In this document: positions 14,926 to 56,739 of the stretch, piece by piece | Numbering within the stretch: position 1 is the first letter of the stretch | Layout of the letters: every line of letters begins with the position of its first letter | Source of the DNA: Eledone cirrhosa | Lineage: Eukaryota | Reading direction: 5' to 3' | Assembly (NCBI GenBank): GCA_964016885.1 | Contig: OZ024755.1 | Coordinates: 26,040,001 to 26,104,000, forward strand | Length of the DNA: 64,000 bases | Program-made: the position numbers and the translations under genes | The notes under the pieces: model-generated | Seen by the model: only the letters and a program-made list of their open reading frames with translations | Told to the model about the DNA's origin: nothing | Database searches by the model: none

Positions 14926-16152
14926 AATTATTGTATAGACACAAACGACTGATGTATTGTTCCCTAAATGCACAAGGTAGACTTTACACATGCATATTAC
15001 AGACACGTAGACCAGTTTGGGAAGAAATACATTATTTTGTTTCAGCTCCACATTTGAAAAGAGAGCAATAGCCTTAAACATGCCATTCCTATAGAAATCA
15101 GGGTTTTAACAGCTACCCTGATAACAAATGAATAAAGTCAGTTATATTTTCAGCTACCCCAATAACAGATCAATAAAGCAAGTTATTTATACTTTTACCT
15201 TGATAACATAGATCAGGGTTAACCCCAACCCGAGCTTCCACATCACCATAGACACAGGCCACCCACAGATATTGTCAGCTGTCACAATTCCTCAGGATTG
15301 ACCAAACTTTTCAATAACAACACTGAATATATTTTTTAAAATTTTATTTTAGAAACATTAAAGAAAGCAAATGTTCTTTGATGTTTAGTAATTGTTCTCT
15401 GGGGTAAAGGAAGACTGGGGTAAACTCAGGGAATCTCAAATACTGGAGGTCCTCATAAAATAACAGTAGTGAGATATAAAGAAATACAGTCAACCTACAT
15501 CAGCATTTAAAATACATGTGTTAAAGCTATTTACAAAGTTGTATATATGTATTTAAGTTTGAATGTGTTTTCAGTAATTGGACCCTCATACATAACTGGC
15601 ACTTCGTTCATTGTTCTCAAAAGGCAAATGAAATGTAAAGTTGACTGTGGTGGAATTTGAACTTAAAACATGTAGGGATGTTAGTAAATATTGCAAGGTA
15701 TTTAGTCCAGCAGCCATCCATCAAACACTGTTTTAAACAAATATAAAACCAGGACATCAGATATATCTTTCAAACCACTTTTTTTTTGTATTTGGCAGAA
15801 TATACACTATACATATATACAGTAATTTATACATGCACACAGTATCTTGTATATATTACATATCAGTATACAAAGGAATGATTTTGATTTTTGTTTTGCT
15901 TTTTTCTGCCCCCTTTTATATGTGTGTGCGTGTATATATATGTGTGTGTGTGTGTAAATATATAATTTTGTGTGTCTTCTGATTGCAATTAAAATTCTGT
16001 CGTTTGCCCTCAGATGGAGACTAAACGAAAGTGATCAAAACTAGTTGATAATTTGTTTAAAATGGGACAAAAAGATAAAATATAAGCTCCAGCCTGGGCC
16101 CCAACCAAGAGGTTGGAACAAGTAAAAGGGGGAAATGATGGAAGTTTTGTGA

Positions 16153-45942
<29,790 letters not shown>

Positions 45943-46684
45943 AACTGCGGAGAATGAAAGTAAAGTGACTCGCAACACTGAGACGGTGTCAGCCGAGAAA
46001 TTGTCCCCTGTGCAAATGTAGTAATGCAGCAATACAGATATGTACAGGAATAGAAGTAAATATATATGTTAGAGTGTGTCTGTCTGTCTATGTATGTGTG
46101 TGTGTATGTACGTATGTATACAAACATTTTCTCTCCAGCACACATTCATATCTAACCTCTCCAACAAGTTTATTGACCTCTGCCAGCCACCTTCACCACC
46201 CCAATAATAAATATACACCCAACCATATTACATCAATAAATGCTATACACCAGCCCTGACCTGGAACCCACAGGATAAGAGGAAAGGAGGCCGGCCCCGT
46301 GGCATCTGAATTAAGAAAACTGTAAACCAACAGGTGTGGAGTGGCGAGAGCAGCCCAGGATCGTGTACGGTGGCGGAGGGTCGTCAATGGTCTATGCTCC
46401 ACAGAAAGCGAAGGGGCTGAATGAATGAATGACCTTTCGCGGGTGACACCCATCTACCACCAACAACCCATTCTCTTTAAATTCCTTCAACTCAACACAT
46501 TTGCATTTAATTTCAGAAATCAACACTACAGGAATGTCATCTCTCGAGGGTGGGGCTGGCGCACCATTTTTAGGAAATTACGTGGTTTTCTCTACCCCCA
46601 CCCCTCAATCATACTCCTATACCTCTGAAATAGTGCATACGCACACACATATTCACCAACACAGACACACTAACACCTACGCAC

Positions 46685-46782
<98 letters not shown>

Positions 46783-46909
46783 AAGGGCGGTGCCCCAGCA
46801 TGGCCTCAGCCGGATGGCTGAAACAGGTAAAAGAGTATGTATATATATATATTTCGTTTCTGAATTTGTTTAGCAAGATTCTTTATCTGAAATCGTGTGT
46901 TGAAACCGG

Positions 46910-46987
46910 TATTGTTATACTTTGGGAGGGTCATGTTGCCAATAAGTGCGTGTGTTTCTTATTGGCAACATGACCCTCCCAAAGTAT

Positions 46988-46993
<6 letters not shown>
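46910..46993. repeat. Short near-perfect palindrome; same arm family as 50362-50610
   Basis: TTGTTATACTTTGGGAGGGTCATGTTGCCAATAAG...CTTATTGGCAACATGACCCTCCCAAAGTATAACAA. Confidence 0.85.
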
Positions 46994-47045
<52 letters not shown>

Positions 47046-47050
<5 letters not shown>

Positions 47051-47280
47051 ATATTAACAAATGGAAACTATATTTATAAAACCATATTTATTTCATTATA
47101 CATATTTCAAGGACACCAAAGCAAATTATGGTGCGCTTTCATCAGATAAAATATAATATAGATCAGTTTTATAAACAAATGTTGACATACCATAATTTGC
47201 TTTGGTGTCCTTGAAATATGTATAATGAAATAAATATGGTTTTATAAATATAGTTTCCATTTATTTAATATCATTGTGTA
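47046..47280. mobile_element. (TA)n-flanked foldback element (Penelope-like terminal repeat derivative)
   Basis: Arms ~47046-47132 and ~47189-47280 are reverse complements; a hammerhead overlaps one arm. Confidence 0.65.
47089..47153 (-). ncRNA. Minimal type I hammerhead ribozyme
   Basis: TATTTTAT-CTGATGA-AAGCGCACCA..TGGTGTCCTT-GAA-ATATGTAT-A-ATGAAATA; same helix I and core as the 59422 motif. Confidence 0.75.
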
Positions 47281-47289
47281 TATATATAT

Positions 47290-47436
47290 ATTATTTCTGA
47301 AGACGGCATATGTATGTGTTGGTATGTATATTCTATTTGATAGTTTGTATAATTTTGTATAATTTTGTACATAGATCTTTTGAATATGCATGCCAATTCT
47401 AACACATATATGTCCTAGAAACGATCGTTAAATAAT
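47290..47436 (+). ncRNA. Type I hammerhead ribozyme with long helix II insertion
   Basis: ATTATTT-CTGAAGA-[GGCATATGTATGTGTTGG...CTAACACATATATGTC]-GAA-ACGATCGT-T-AAATAAT; palindromic helix III; GUU triplet. Confidence 0.62.
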
Positions 47437-47493
47437 GAACTTTTTTTGTTTAATATAAGGAACTGTTTCATTGTTTTATTCATTATTTTTTTA

Positions 47494-47543
<50 letters not shown>

Positions 47544-47657
47544 ATAGGGTGTGGTAAAAACCAGGTAGATCATAACCTACCAGAGTACTCGATACTTGGG
47601 GTAGTAGAGTGGGCAATATGAAAAGATTCAGGACCTCGTCGGCGTCCTGAATCTTTT

Positions 47658-47699
<42 letters not shown>

Positions 47700-47886
47700 C
47701 CAGTTTTTGGTTAAGAAAGCCAGTTTCATGGATGGTTTCAACGTGATTTTGAAAATTTGGACTGCGAACAACAATTATAATTGAGTGGCTGCTATTTGCA
47801 GTATAGCAATATAAGGTTGCACTTACCAATGAAACGGTCGTAAATACCTGGATAAAATCCTTCTCTTAATGCTTACCTGTGTTTTC

Positions 47887-47937
<51 letters not shown>

Positions 47938-48345
47938 GGGCTCCGTAAGCTGCAGGGAGGGCAGCCCATCTAGAAGAGCACACACTCCGAACGAATAAGA
48001 TTGCATGAGGTAGACGTGGGTGCACAGTTGTAGGAGGGCTTACCTAGCCATGTGCGAGAACCTCTCGACCATAATCAGGCAATCATCCTTACATTTTCCC
48101 TTTAAGGTACATAGAGATTACCACTGTCAGGTAAAACATCTTATAGCAAACTATTCGGCGTTAAGGGGCTTTTGCGGCTTAAGAAGCTCTGCATAGCTGC
48201 CACTCTCAGTTTAGGCAGAGCCATAGACTAATGAATGAAACTAATAAAAAAAAAAATAATAAAAGATTGTATTCAGCTACGCTATCAAAAGAATGTTGAA
48301 TTAAAATTACATATTAAAAAAGAAACTTAAAAAAAAAAAGCCGAA

Positions 48346-48438
48346 TCTCGCGAGACGGATTCGAACCATCGACCTAAGGATGACAGATATCTATAACACC
48401 ACTACAGTCCTCCGCTCTACCAACTGAGCTATCGCGAG
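48346..48438 (-). tRNA. tRNA-Tyr(GTA) with 20-nt intron
   Basis: CTCGCGATAGCTCAGTTGGTAGAGCGGAGGACTGTAG-[TGGTGTTATAGATATCTGTC]-ATCCTTAGGTCGATGGTTCGAATCCGTCTCGCGAGA; A/B boxes; oligo-T terminator downstream. Confidence 0.96.
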
Positions 48439-48649
48439 AATCTGGAAACGAGCATCTTAATTTATTGTACTATTTCTAGCAGTCAGTCAGAGCTGATCGT
48501 TGGTATTTTGTAAATATGTATATATATATATATGTGTGTATACATATATACAACGTTAAATAGCTTTGATTTGATTTTCTAAAGATTACAATGTATTAAA
48601 ACGTGATTAAAAAATATCAATATATTTATTAATAACCCTATATATATTT

Positions 48650-49945
48650 TGGTCTTTGGTATATCCTCGGGGAATTCAATGTAGAAAATGGAATTATCCA
48701 AGTCATCCAGGCCCTTTATAAGGATGCCACCAGTACAGCTCTTTGTGGGAAACGTCTTTCAGACAACTGTTGGCGTGACAGGGGTGCGTACTTTCACCCA
48801 CGTTGTTTAACCTGTTTTTCTAACGAATCATGTAAGAAATCCTTAATGACCATGATACCTCAATCTCGGTCAGTGGTAGACCCTTCTGTAAACTACGTTT
48901 TGCAGACGACATTGACCTCATAGCAGATAGTAACAACGAACTCCAAAACTTAACCAACAAACTTGTTGAAAGAGCAGGAGCATATGCAAAGGCCTTGTTT
49001 CAGGTGGGTACCAGGGAACAAGCCCCCCACCCCCCACCCCCACACACACACACTTTTTCAAACGTCTGTTTTATTTTTTTTGTTTATTTGATATAATAAT
49101 TTCTTTTTAAGCTTATTTATTTATATCTGAACTTCATTTGAATAAATAAAATTTAATTACCGTAAAATGTTACTTATGTGATAGGGTACGGAAAAGGCAC
49201 TATAAGCAATTTATGTTCCTTTAAGAATCAACAAATGTTGGCTTGTTCCCCTCACATGTTTAAGGCAAACGAGGCCCCTGAGCATATGGAATGGAGGTTA
49301 GCGCCGAGAAATCCAAAGTAATGAGGAATAGCACAAGTAGCCCCTGTGACAACATGACCATAAACGGACATTCATTGGAGGAAGTGTTCAGGTTCAAATA
49401 CTTGGGAGCAGTCTTGTTTAAGAAATGTTATCTGCAATGCAGAAATCTGCACACGGATTGCCGCAGTGATGGCCAAAGTGGCAAGAATATGGAGGAGCAA
49501 CATCAGTTTTCAGACCAAGTACAGATTGTACAAATCGCTGGTAGTCTCTGTCCTCCTATATGGGTGTGAGTCCTGGACACTTTTGGCAGAAACAGAGAGA
49601 AGGATCCAGCCATTTGAGGACAAATGCATGGGAACGTAAAACCAATGAATACGTGCGGAGTAAGGTCACCAGCATCCTCTCCTCGCCACTGTCAAGAGAA
49701 GGAAACCGGCATGGTTTGGCCACGTCACACGACATGACAGCTTGTGTAAGACCATCCTGCAAGGTACTGTTGAAGGTGGACGCAGGAGGGGACACGAACG
49801 CAAAAACTGGTTGGACAATGTCAAAGAACGGGCGCAAATGACGACACCAGATTTGTTGACGGCCGCCGTTGATAGACTGTTTTGAGTGTGTGCTGCTTCT
49901 GCAGTAGGATCCCCCTGACGATTACAGAAGTCAAGGGACTGATGA
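48650..49945 (+). mobile_element. Decayed RTE LINE 3' part interrupted by a hAT MITE
   Basis: LRFADDIDL, FKYLG and YGCESW remnants; ...CTGATGAT tail. Confidence 0.8.
48987..49280. mobile_element. hAT-type MITE
   Basis: 8-bp TSD AGCATATG on both sides; imperfect TIR CAAAGGCCTTGTTT / AAACGAGGCCCCTG. Confidence 0.8.
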
Positions 49946-50273
49946 TATATTTTAACGTGATTGTATAGTTAGGAAGTTGTCACTGAGATAACCTGAAGAT
50001 CGAGACAGACACAAACTCATTGAATGGATTTGATCTGCCCGGGGCAACAGCCAGAAAAAACAACAACTCGTGCGCGCACATAAACTGTGACACCGTGCAC
50101 ACACCCATACATACAACATAGAGAGATACTGGTGACGTCCCCTTGACTAGGTGTTCATGAAAGTGTCTGCACACACGCATTTCTATTCTAATGGCCAATT
50201 ATTTTCTCTCAGTTCATCCGAGTTTCGTACCGTTTGTGTTGTTGTTATTTACCTTTTACACATACACACACAT

Positions 50274-50354
50274 ATTGGGTCATCACGTATGAAATTTGTA
50301 GAAATTTGTAGAAAAAAAACAAATTTCTACAAATTTCATACTTGACGACCCTAT
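50274..50354. mobile_element. Tiny Tc1/mariner-like MITE (TIRs only)
   Basis: GGGTCATCACGTATGAAATTTGTAGAAATTTG / CAAATTTCTACAAATTTCATACTTGACGACCC, TA flanks. Confidence 0.55.
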
Positions 50355-50361
50355 ATGTATA

Positions 50362-50610
50362 TATTATACTTTGGGAGGGTCATGCTGCGAATAAAAACAC
50401 ACACATACCTGTTGGTTTTCACTTCTATTTATTATAAATTTCCGGTTGGTTGGTTCAATAACCAGATGGTTGTTTATATATTGTCAAAGCTCTTTCGTCA
50501 CACATTCTGTGACCTCCTCGGTGACTGATTTCTTAAATTGAATTGAAGTGAAAACTAACAGGTGCGTGTGTTTTTATTAGCAGCATGGCCCTCCCCAAGT
50601 ATAACAATAT
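50362..50610. mobile_element. Foldback element with ~65-bp inverted arms and a hammerhead relic in the loop
   Basis: ATACTTTGGGAGGGTCATGCTG...TTTTCACTTC / GAAGTGAAAA...CAGCATGGCCCTCCCCAAGTAT; TA-flanked. Confidence 0.7.
50483..50525 (-). ncRNA. Degenerate hammerhead ribozyme (core CCGAGGA)
   Basis: GTCA-CCGAGGA-G-GTCACA/TGTGAC-GAA-AGAGCT-T-TGAC; one core substitution; lies in the loop of a foldback element. Confidence 0.5.
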
Positions 50611-50779
50611 ATATATAGGAGCAGAAGTTTCTGTAAATCCGTAGAAAACTGGTGAGGGTACCAAAGTCAGCTCTCAATGCTAGAGCAGAGTGTATATAAT
50701 AAGAACAAAGTGGAGGTGTTACATCAATAATTTATTGATCAGTCATGGTTGCAATTGTTTCACAAACCAGCGGCACATA

Positions 50780-51330
50780 ATCCGGGTTAATATTCTGTAT
50801 CTGGGAGCAAAGATTGAGAACACAGAGGATGATGTGGTGGATAGGAAGAGCAAAGCCTGGGCGGTATGTCCATAGTTTGAGGTCGGTGCGGAAGTCGGAC
50901 CTTCGTAAAGACTTGAAGATCCGTCTCTTCGTCGCTACAGTGGAATCTGTGGTGCTGTATGGGTCTGAGACGTGGACACTGAACAACAGACTCACTAAGA
51001 TGGTGGATGGAATGCTGAGGATGGCTCTGAACATTAATCTGTATACACTGAGAATGAAGAACTCAGATCTGTACGGGAGCCTCCCAAATGTCAGCTCGAA
51101 AGTGACACACAGGAGACTGAGGTTCGCTGGATATGCTCACCGGCATTCAGAGTTGACACTACACTCAGTGGTCCTGTGGGAGCCCCTGCACGGACACACT
51201 TGAAGAGGGAGACCGAGTATGACATATATTGATGCCCTAAGGAAAGACACTGGTCTCTGGGAGACGTAGGACATGGCAGCTATGATGAAGGACAGAGACC
51301 GGTGGAGAGAACTCGTCCATGGATCTTTTA
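50780..51330 (+). mobile_element. RTE LINE 3' fragment
   Basis: LKIRLFVATVESVVLYGSETW...RRLRFAGYAHRH. Confidence 0.8.
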
Positions 51331-51589
51331 CCATGGAATTTTACCCGCCCTATATATATATATGCATAAATATATACATACATACACACACACACACATA
51401 CATATATTTATATATATATGTAATTTGTAATATTTTTTACATAGATCTCTAACATGATATACATACCAACACACACACATATATCCCAGAAACGATCGTA
51501 AAATGATGAATTTTTCAATATAAGGAACCTGTTCTTTGTTTTTATTAATTTATATATATATATATATGAGAAAACTCATCGTTAAAACA

Positions 51590-51780
51590 GCAAAATGCCG
51601 CAGAACAGGAAGATGGACATGCCGTCTGGCCATTTGCTGTCCCCTCGATCCAACACCGCCGGCTCTAGCTCGAGGAGGAAGCTTGCAGCATCCAAGCCAT
51701 GCTTTATGATCTCGTTGAGAGCAGCCATGGAGTTGGAGGCAGCCGGCATTGTGGCGACAGGACAACTCATCTACGAAATC
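51590..51780 (-). mobile_element. CRE/R2-like (RLE) non-LTR retrotransposon 3' fragment
   Basis: ALNEIIKHGL...LELEP..LDRGDSKWPDGMSIF, a restriction-like endonuclease motif. Confidence 0.7.
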
Positions 51781-51955
51781 GACGGAGCAACCACACCACC
51801 ACTAGCACTACCACCACCTGCTATTGCTACTCCCACTACCACATACACACAGTATGACATGTGCCTCCCCTTCTCCCTCTCACTATAGCAATCATCAGCA
51901 ACAACCACTTCACATTTCTTATGACTAAAGTACTTTAGAGCCTGTCAGCATGTAT

Positions 51956-52048
51956 CTCGCGATAGCTCAGTTGGTAGAGCGGAGGACTGTAGTGGTATTA
52001 TTTCTCTCTGTTATCCTTAGGTCGATGGTTCGAATCCGTCTCGCGAGA
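51956..52048 (+). tRNA. tRNA-Tyr(GTA) with 20-nt intron
   Basis: Same exons; intron TGGTATTATTTCTCTCTGTT; poly-T terminator. Confidence 0.96.
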
Positions 52049-52700
52049 TGGCTGATTTTTTTTTTTTTTTTTTTATTGATTTTTTTTTTTTTCTATTTCT
52101 AAATATTCTTCCATATTGCCTTGCGGATATTTCAGCAGTGCAATGATCAAAGACATTCCAGCCGTGACCATCTCGTCTTTCTATTCAGATTGTGTCTAGA
52201 ACAAATTCTTCCATATTGTCTTTCGGATATTTCAGCAGAGCAATGATCAAAGACATTCCAGCCGTGACCATCTCGTCTCTCTTCTTCCAGTTCTCCCAAA
52301 GTGAGACCAGCCAAGCTATCCAGCCATCTTGTTCGGGGTCTACCGGTTGGTTTTTGCCTGTAAAATTTGTCCAGTGATTCTTTCCTGAGACATTCTAACC
52401 ACACGCCCATAGTATCGGAGCTGTGATTTCTCAATTCGGAGAAGTAGCGGCGGCTCTACCTGGAGTGACTCTCTGATCTCCCAGCAAAATATGTGTATTC
52501 ATTTTGATGAAAATAAATAAATGATAGTCGATCAGCACTATAACAATTGGAATTTACATCCGACCAATCATCTCACTGTGTCTTTCTTTTTGGATGTAAT
52601 GGTCCTTTTGAGCTCTTTGTTCTACACAATATATTAAAAAATGATATAGTCACTGCTGAAAAGTGTTTGATTGCTGGTCGGCTGAAACATGCAACTATGT

Positions 52701-52731
<31 letters not shown>

Positions 52732-52772
52732 TTAGGTAAAAAAAACTAAAATAAAAAAAAAAAAAAGAGCCA

Positions 52773-52863
52773 TCTCGCGAGACGGATTCGAACCATCGAC
52801 CTAAGGATAACAGAGAATTAACGCCACTACAGTCCTCCGCTCTACCAACTGAGCTATCGCGAG
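52773..52863 (-). tRNA. tRNA-Tyr(GTA) with 18-nt intron
   Basis: Same exons; intron TGGCGTTAATTCTCTGTT; poly-T terminator. Confidence 0.96.
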
Positions 52864-53774
52864 ATACATGATGACACGCTGGAAAATACTTTAATCATAA
52901 GAAATGTGAAGTGGTAGCTGCTGCTGCTGATTTTTATAGTGAGAGGGGAAGATGTATATTATAATGTGGGAGTAGCAATAGCGAACGGACTGAGAGAGGT
53001 GAACGACTTACTGTGTGAGTGGTAATGGGAGTAGCATTAACAGAGAGAGTGACGGAGGTGTATAACTTATTGTGTGAGTGGTAGTGGGAGTAACATTTAA
53101 CACTGCTGACGTCATTTTTGTGTGTATCTACTTCATTCTGTGTCTTTATGAGTGTGTCTTTCTATGTAAATGTGGATGTATCTATGTGTTTCTATTTCCT
53201 ATATATACGTGTATCAATGTCTGTGTATATGTACCAGTGACTGTGTGTGTATACTTGTATCAGTGTCTGTTTATGTCGATTCTTCGAAAATTAGATCGAT
53301 AAAATATGTAGCAAACTTGAAAAAGAGCCAATATAATCGATTAAATCTCTTCAATGATTGAAACCAGCAAAAAAAAAAAAAACTGCCCCAGCATGGCAAC
53401 TGTGTAAAAAGAGTGTGGTGCCCCAGCATGGTCATAGGCAAATGACAAAAACCAGTAAAAGAATAGTGATCCAGCATGGCCGCTGTCTAATGATGACTGT
53501 AACTAGTAGAATAACTGTTCCAGTATGGCCGGTGTCTAATAATGACAAACTATTAAAAAAATAGTGCTCCAGCATGGCCAGAGTCTAATGACTGAAACCA
53601 GTAAAAGAACGGTGCTCCAAAATGACTGTACCACTGAAATATTACATAAAGTAGTCCTAGATAAACAATCTGAATAAAGAGATGAGATGGTCATGGCTGG
53701 AATGTCCTTGAATGAAATAAGTGAAAGACTACATAAAAATATTTGAAAATAGAAACAATAAAAAAAAATAGCCA

Positions 53775-53867
53775 TCTCGCGAGACGGATTCGAACCATCG
53801 ACCTAAGGATAACAGAAAGAATTAACACCACTACAGTCCTCCGCTCTACCAACTGAGCTATCGCGAG
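53775..53867 (-). tRNA. tRNA-Tyr(GTA) with 20-nt intron
   Basis: Same exons; intron TGGTGTTAATTCTTTCTGTT; poly-T terminator. Confidence 0.96.
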
Positions 53868-54239
53868 ATACATAACAATTCGCTCTAAAATACTTTAGTC
53901 ATAAGAAATGTGAAGTGATAGCTGCTGCTGATGATAGTTGTAGTGAGAGTGAGAGCTGTATATCTTACTGTGAGAGTAGTAAATACAGAAAGAGAAAGAG
54001 TGGGAGAGATTTATGGCTTGTCGTGTGAGTGGTGATTGTTTTATTTGTTTTTTAATTCTTTTTCTAGGACTTCTGATATTTTCTTTGAAAGCAAAGTTTT
54101 TGCATTGGCCTCCAAAGTACTACCGTGGGCCACAAGTCAAGCTGACGACATGGCCAGTCCACCACTGCTTAAGGTGTTACCTACTTTCAGCGAGAGCAAT
54201 ATTCTCGGGGGATTGGGTTGACCATGACCAACATCGGTT

Positions 54240-54930
54240 GCCTACTCAGTCTGGATGAGCTCTGTATCGCCATTAGACTCTGAGTGGGAGCCGATGTCTA
54301 CGGGGGATTGAAATGTCGCTGTGGTAGGCCCTATGATACCACAGATCTTCATGGCCTGAATGCAGGTCGCCTCGCTCGTCATACCGAGCTAAACTGCGCA
54401 TCGAGGCTTCCCTCAGGCTTGGCCTCTAGATCTGCGAGCCACACAAATATTGCTGCAGATCCATTGTAGGCTCTTTCGGCCTCCACCCTATTTCCTGTGG
54501 CTACAGTGTCGGCCGGCTTCCACACTATGCTGCTTTCAACGAGGTCATGAAACATGGCTTGAATGCTGAAGACCCCCACCACCACCACCACCACCACCAC
54601 CACCACCAGCTCGTGCCGATGGGGTTGAACTAAGGGGACGGCAAAAGGCCAGACGGCATGACCATCTTCCCGTTCCGCGATGGTAAACCCCTCGTCTGGG
54701 ATGCCACTTGCAGCGATACATTCTACAGCGGCACACCTGCTGCACTTCGGGCTGAGAAGGGTAAACTCCAAATATTGGTCGAGCCCGTAGCAGTGGAAAC
54801 TTCTGGTGTCCTTGGCCCTAGGGGCCACCTGCCTACTCACCACCATCGGCGCAGAACTGGTTAGCCGCAGGTGTGAGCCTCACGAACGGGAATGGCTCCT
54901 CCAGCGCATCTTCCGGAGAAACGCCTGCTG
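54240..54930 (+). mobile_element. CRE/R2-like (RLE) non-LTR fragments (two adjacent pieces)
   Basis: CRCG...HGL...RH.ELN zinc knuckle and RPDGMTIFPFRDGKPLVWDATCSDT...VAVETSG. Confidence 0.75.
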
Positions 54931-55518
54931 CTCTATTATGTTCGCCGGAGTGGCCAGTGCGTGGGACCCCCATTTCCTCATAATAATGAGAAATGGGGAG
55001 GGCGGGAGATGCGGAGGCGATGGCAGTGGGAGTTTGGTTCCTTTGTATTCAGACCTGGTGTACATGTGTATGTAATTTTACTTCGTATTTAATAAGTTCT
55101 TACATAAAATGATACTTTAAGATCACTGCTTATCACGTGGTCAATTCTGATTTTGAATATGAATCTGTCATAGCTGCGAAACGTGTATATACACATGGAT
55201 ATAGGAACGATGCTGTTCCAGACGAAGCATAAAGGACTAATAAGGAAATACCAAAAACTCTTCAAAGAAGACTTCAAAAGTACTTAACTATTAACCATCA
55301 TATATGGTGACCGTATCGCAATCCGCCACCTGCGACCCGTTCTCTACCAAGAATCAGCTGAAGTAACTTTTTTAAATAATCTGTTTAAAATATACTTAAT
55401 TCATGGGATTAAATATAGTTTTGGGTGTCAATAAACCCTGGAAAAGCCAAATATAGCTCCTACCGGATAACAAATAATGTAAGTATTTAAAAATTAAAAA
55501 AAGAAAATAATAACGAAA

Positions 55519-55610
55519 TCTCGCGAGACGGATTCGAACCATCGACCTAAGGATAACAACTGTTAATTGACCACTACAGTCCTCCGCTCTACCAACTGAG
55601 CTATCGCGAG
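55519..55610 (-). tRNA. tRNA-Tyr(GTA) with 19-nt intron
   Basis: Same exons; intron TGGTCAATTAACAGTTGTT; T-run downstream. Confidence 0.96.
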
Positions 55611-55929
55611 ACAGTTGGTTACTGTGTGTTAAATACATTAATGATTGGAAGTTAAAAATACAGCTGATTGTTATAGTGTAATGGAGAGTGAGGAGAGGAA
55701 AGGGGAGAAAGAGTGGGGCGGGGAGTAAGAGGAGAATAAGTAGTAAGTTAGGAGAGGAGGAGAGGAGTTTATGTGTGTTAAGTTGGATGTATCTTCATTT
55801 TAATTTACGAATAAGTTGCTATGCATTCATAGACACAGATACTCACGCTAAGAGTATTGCAATCGTTTGTCAAAATATAGCTTTTCAAGCCTGTTACAGA
55901 CTTGCACTCCTTCGCTCATTGACGACAAC

Positions 55930-56480
55930 CATGGATCTCCCTGGCATCAAGTCTTGCATCAGATTACCTGTTAACCTTCACATGCCGCTTCAGTCCTGCT
56001 ACAGATCGACATTCCTTGTCACATTCATTACATTTTGCAATACCGTAGAGTTCATAGTTCACTGGTTTTCCCTGAACATGGCTACAACTGTGGCTCTTGA
56101 GCCCAGATTTGCTCAAGCACACCTTTCCACACTCAGGACACACCAATCCAATGAAGACACCGATCGTTTCGAGAGATACACCACGGCATTTCTTACGCAT
56201 ATTCCGTTTGATCTTCTCGTGCTCTATGCGTATGTCCTAAAAATGTATGGACCCTATCATTCACCATTCCACGCCAAGTTTCTCTTTTAAGAGCTTTTAT
56301 CTCCCAGTCAGGCATCATTAAACCGATTTTTTACAATGAGTTCTTTACATAATCTTTGAATCGGAGTTTTGGCTTGTAAGGTGGTCTTTTACCTTTACAA
56401 AGCTCGCCATACAAAAGCTGTTTCGGGATTCCATCATCCTCCATTCTGGAGAGGTGTACGATCCATCCATTGGTGGATGA
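55930..56480 (-). mobile_element. LINE 3' fragment with C2H2 zinc fingers
   Basis: HLSRMEDDGIPKQLLYGEL..GKR...PKLRFKD, then CPECGKVCLSKSGLKSH and CNECDKECRSVAGLKRH. Confidence 0.75.
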
Positions 56481-56739
56481 ACATACAAACATACACAAAC
56501 ACACACAGATACATATATACACAAAAAACACACACATTCGCACATACATATACATATAGACTCAGATACATACATACACACAAACACACACATAGATACA
56601 TACATATACACACATTCATGGGAGCATAGGGTAATACCATCTGGCCTATCCCTTCGTTAAGTTATGTTTCAAACATCAACTTAATCAGAATGTTAATTAC
56701 TTTACTAAATCCATCTAAATTCTTGATTATTTTCAAAAT

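Noticed and set aside
55688-56290. 200-aa + strand ORF
   Set aside because: Antisense shadow of the - strand LINE zinc-finger remnant.
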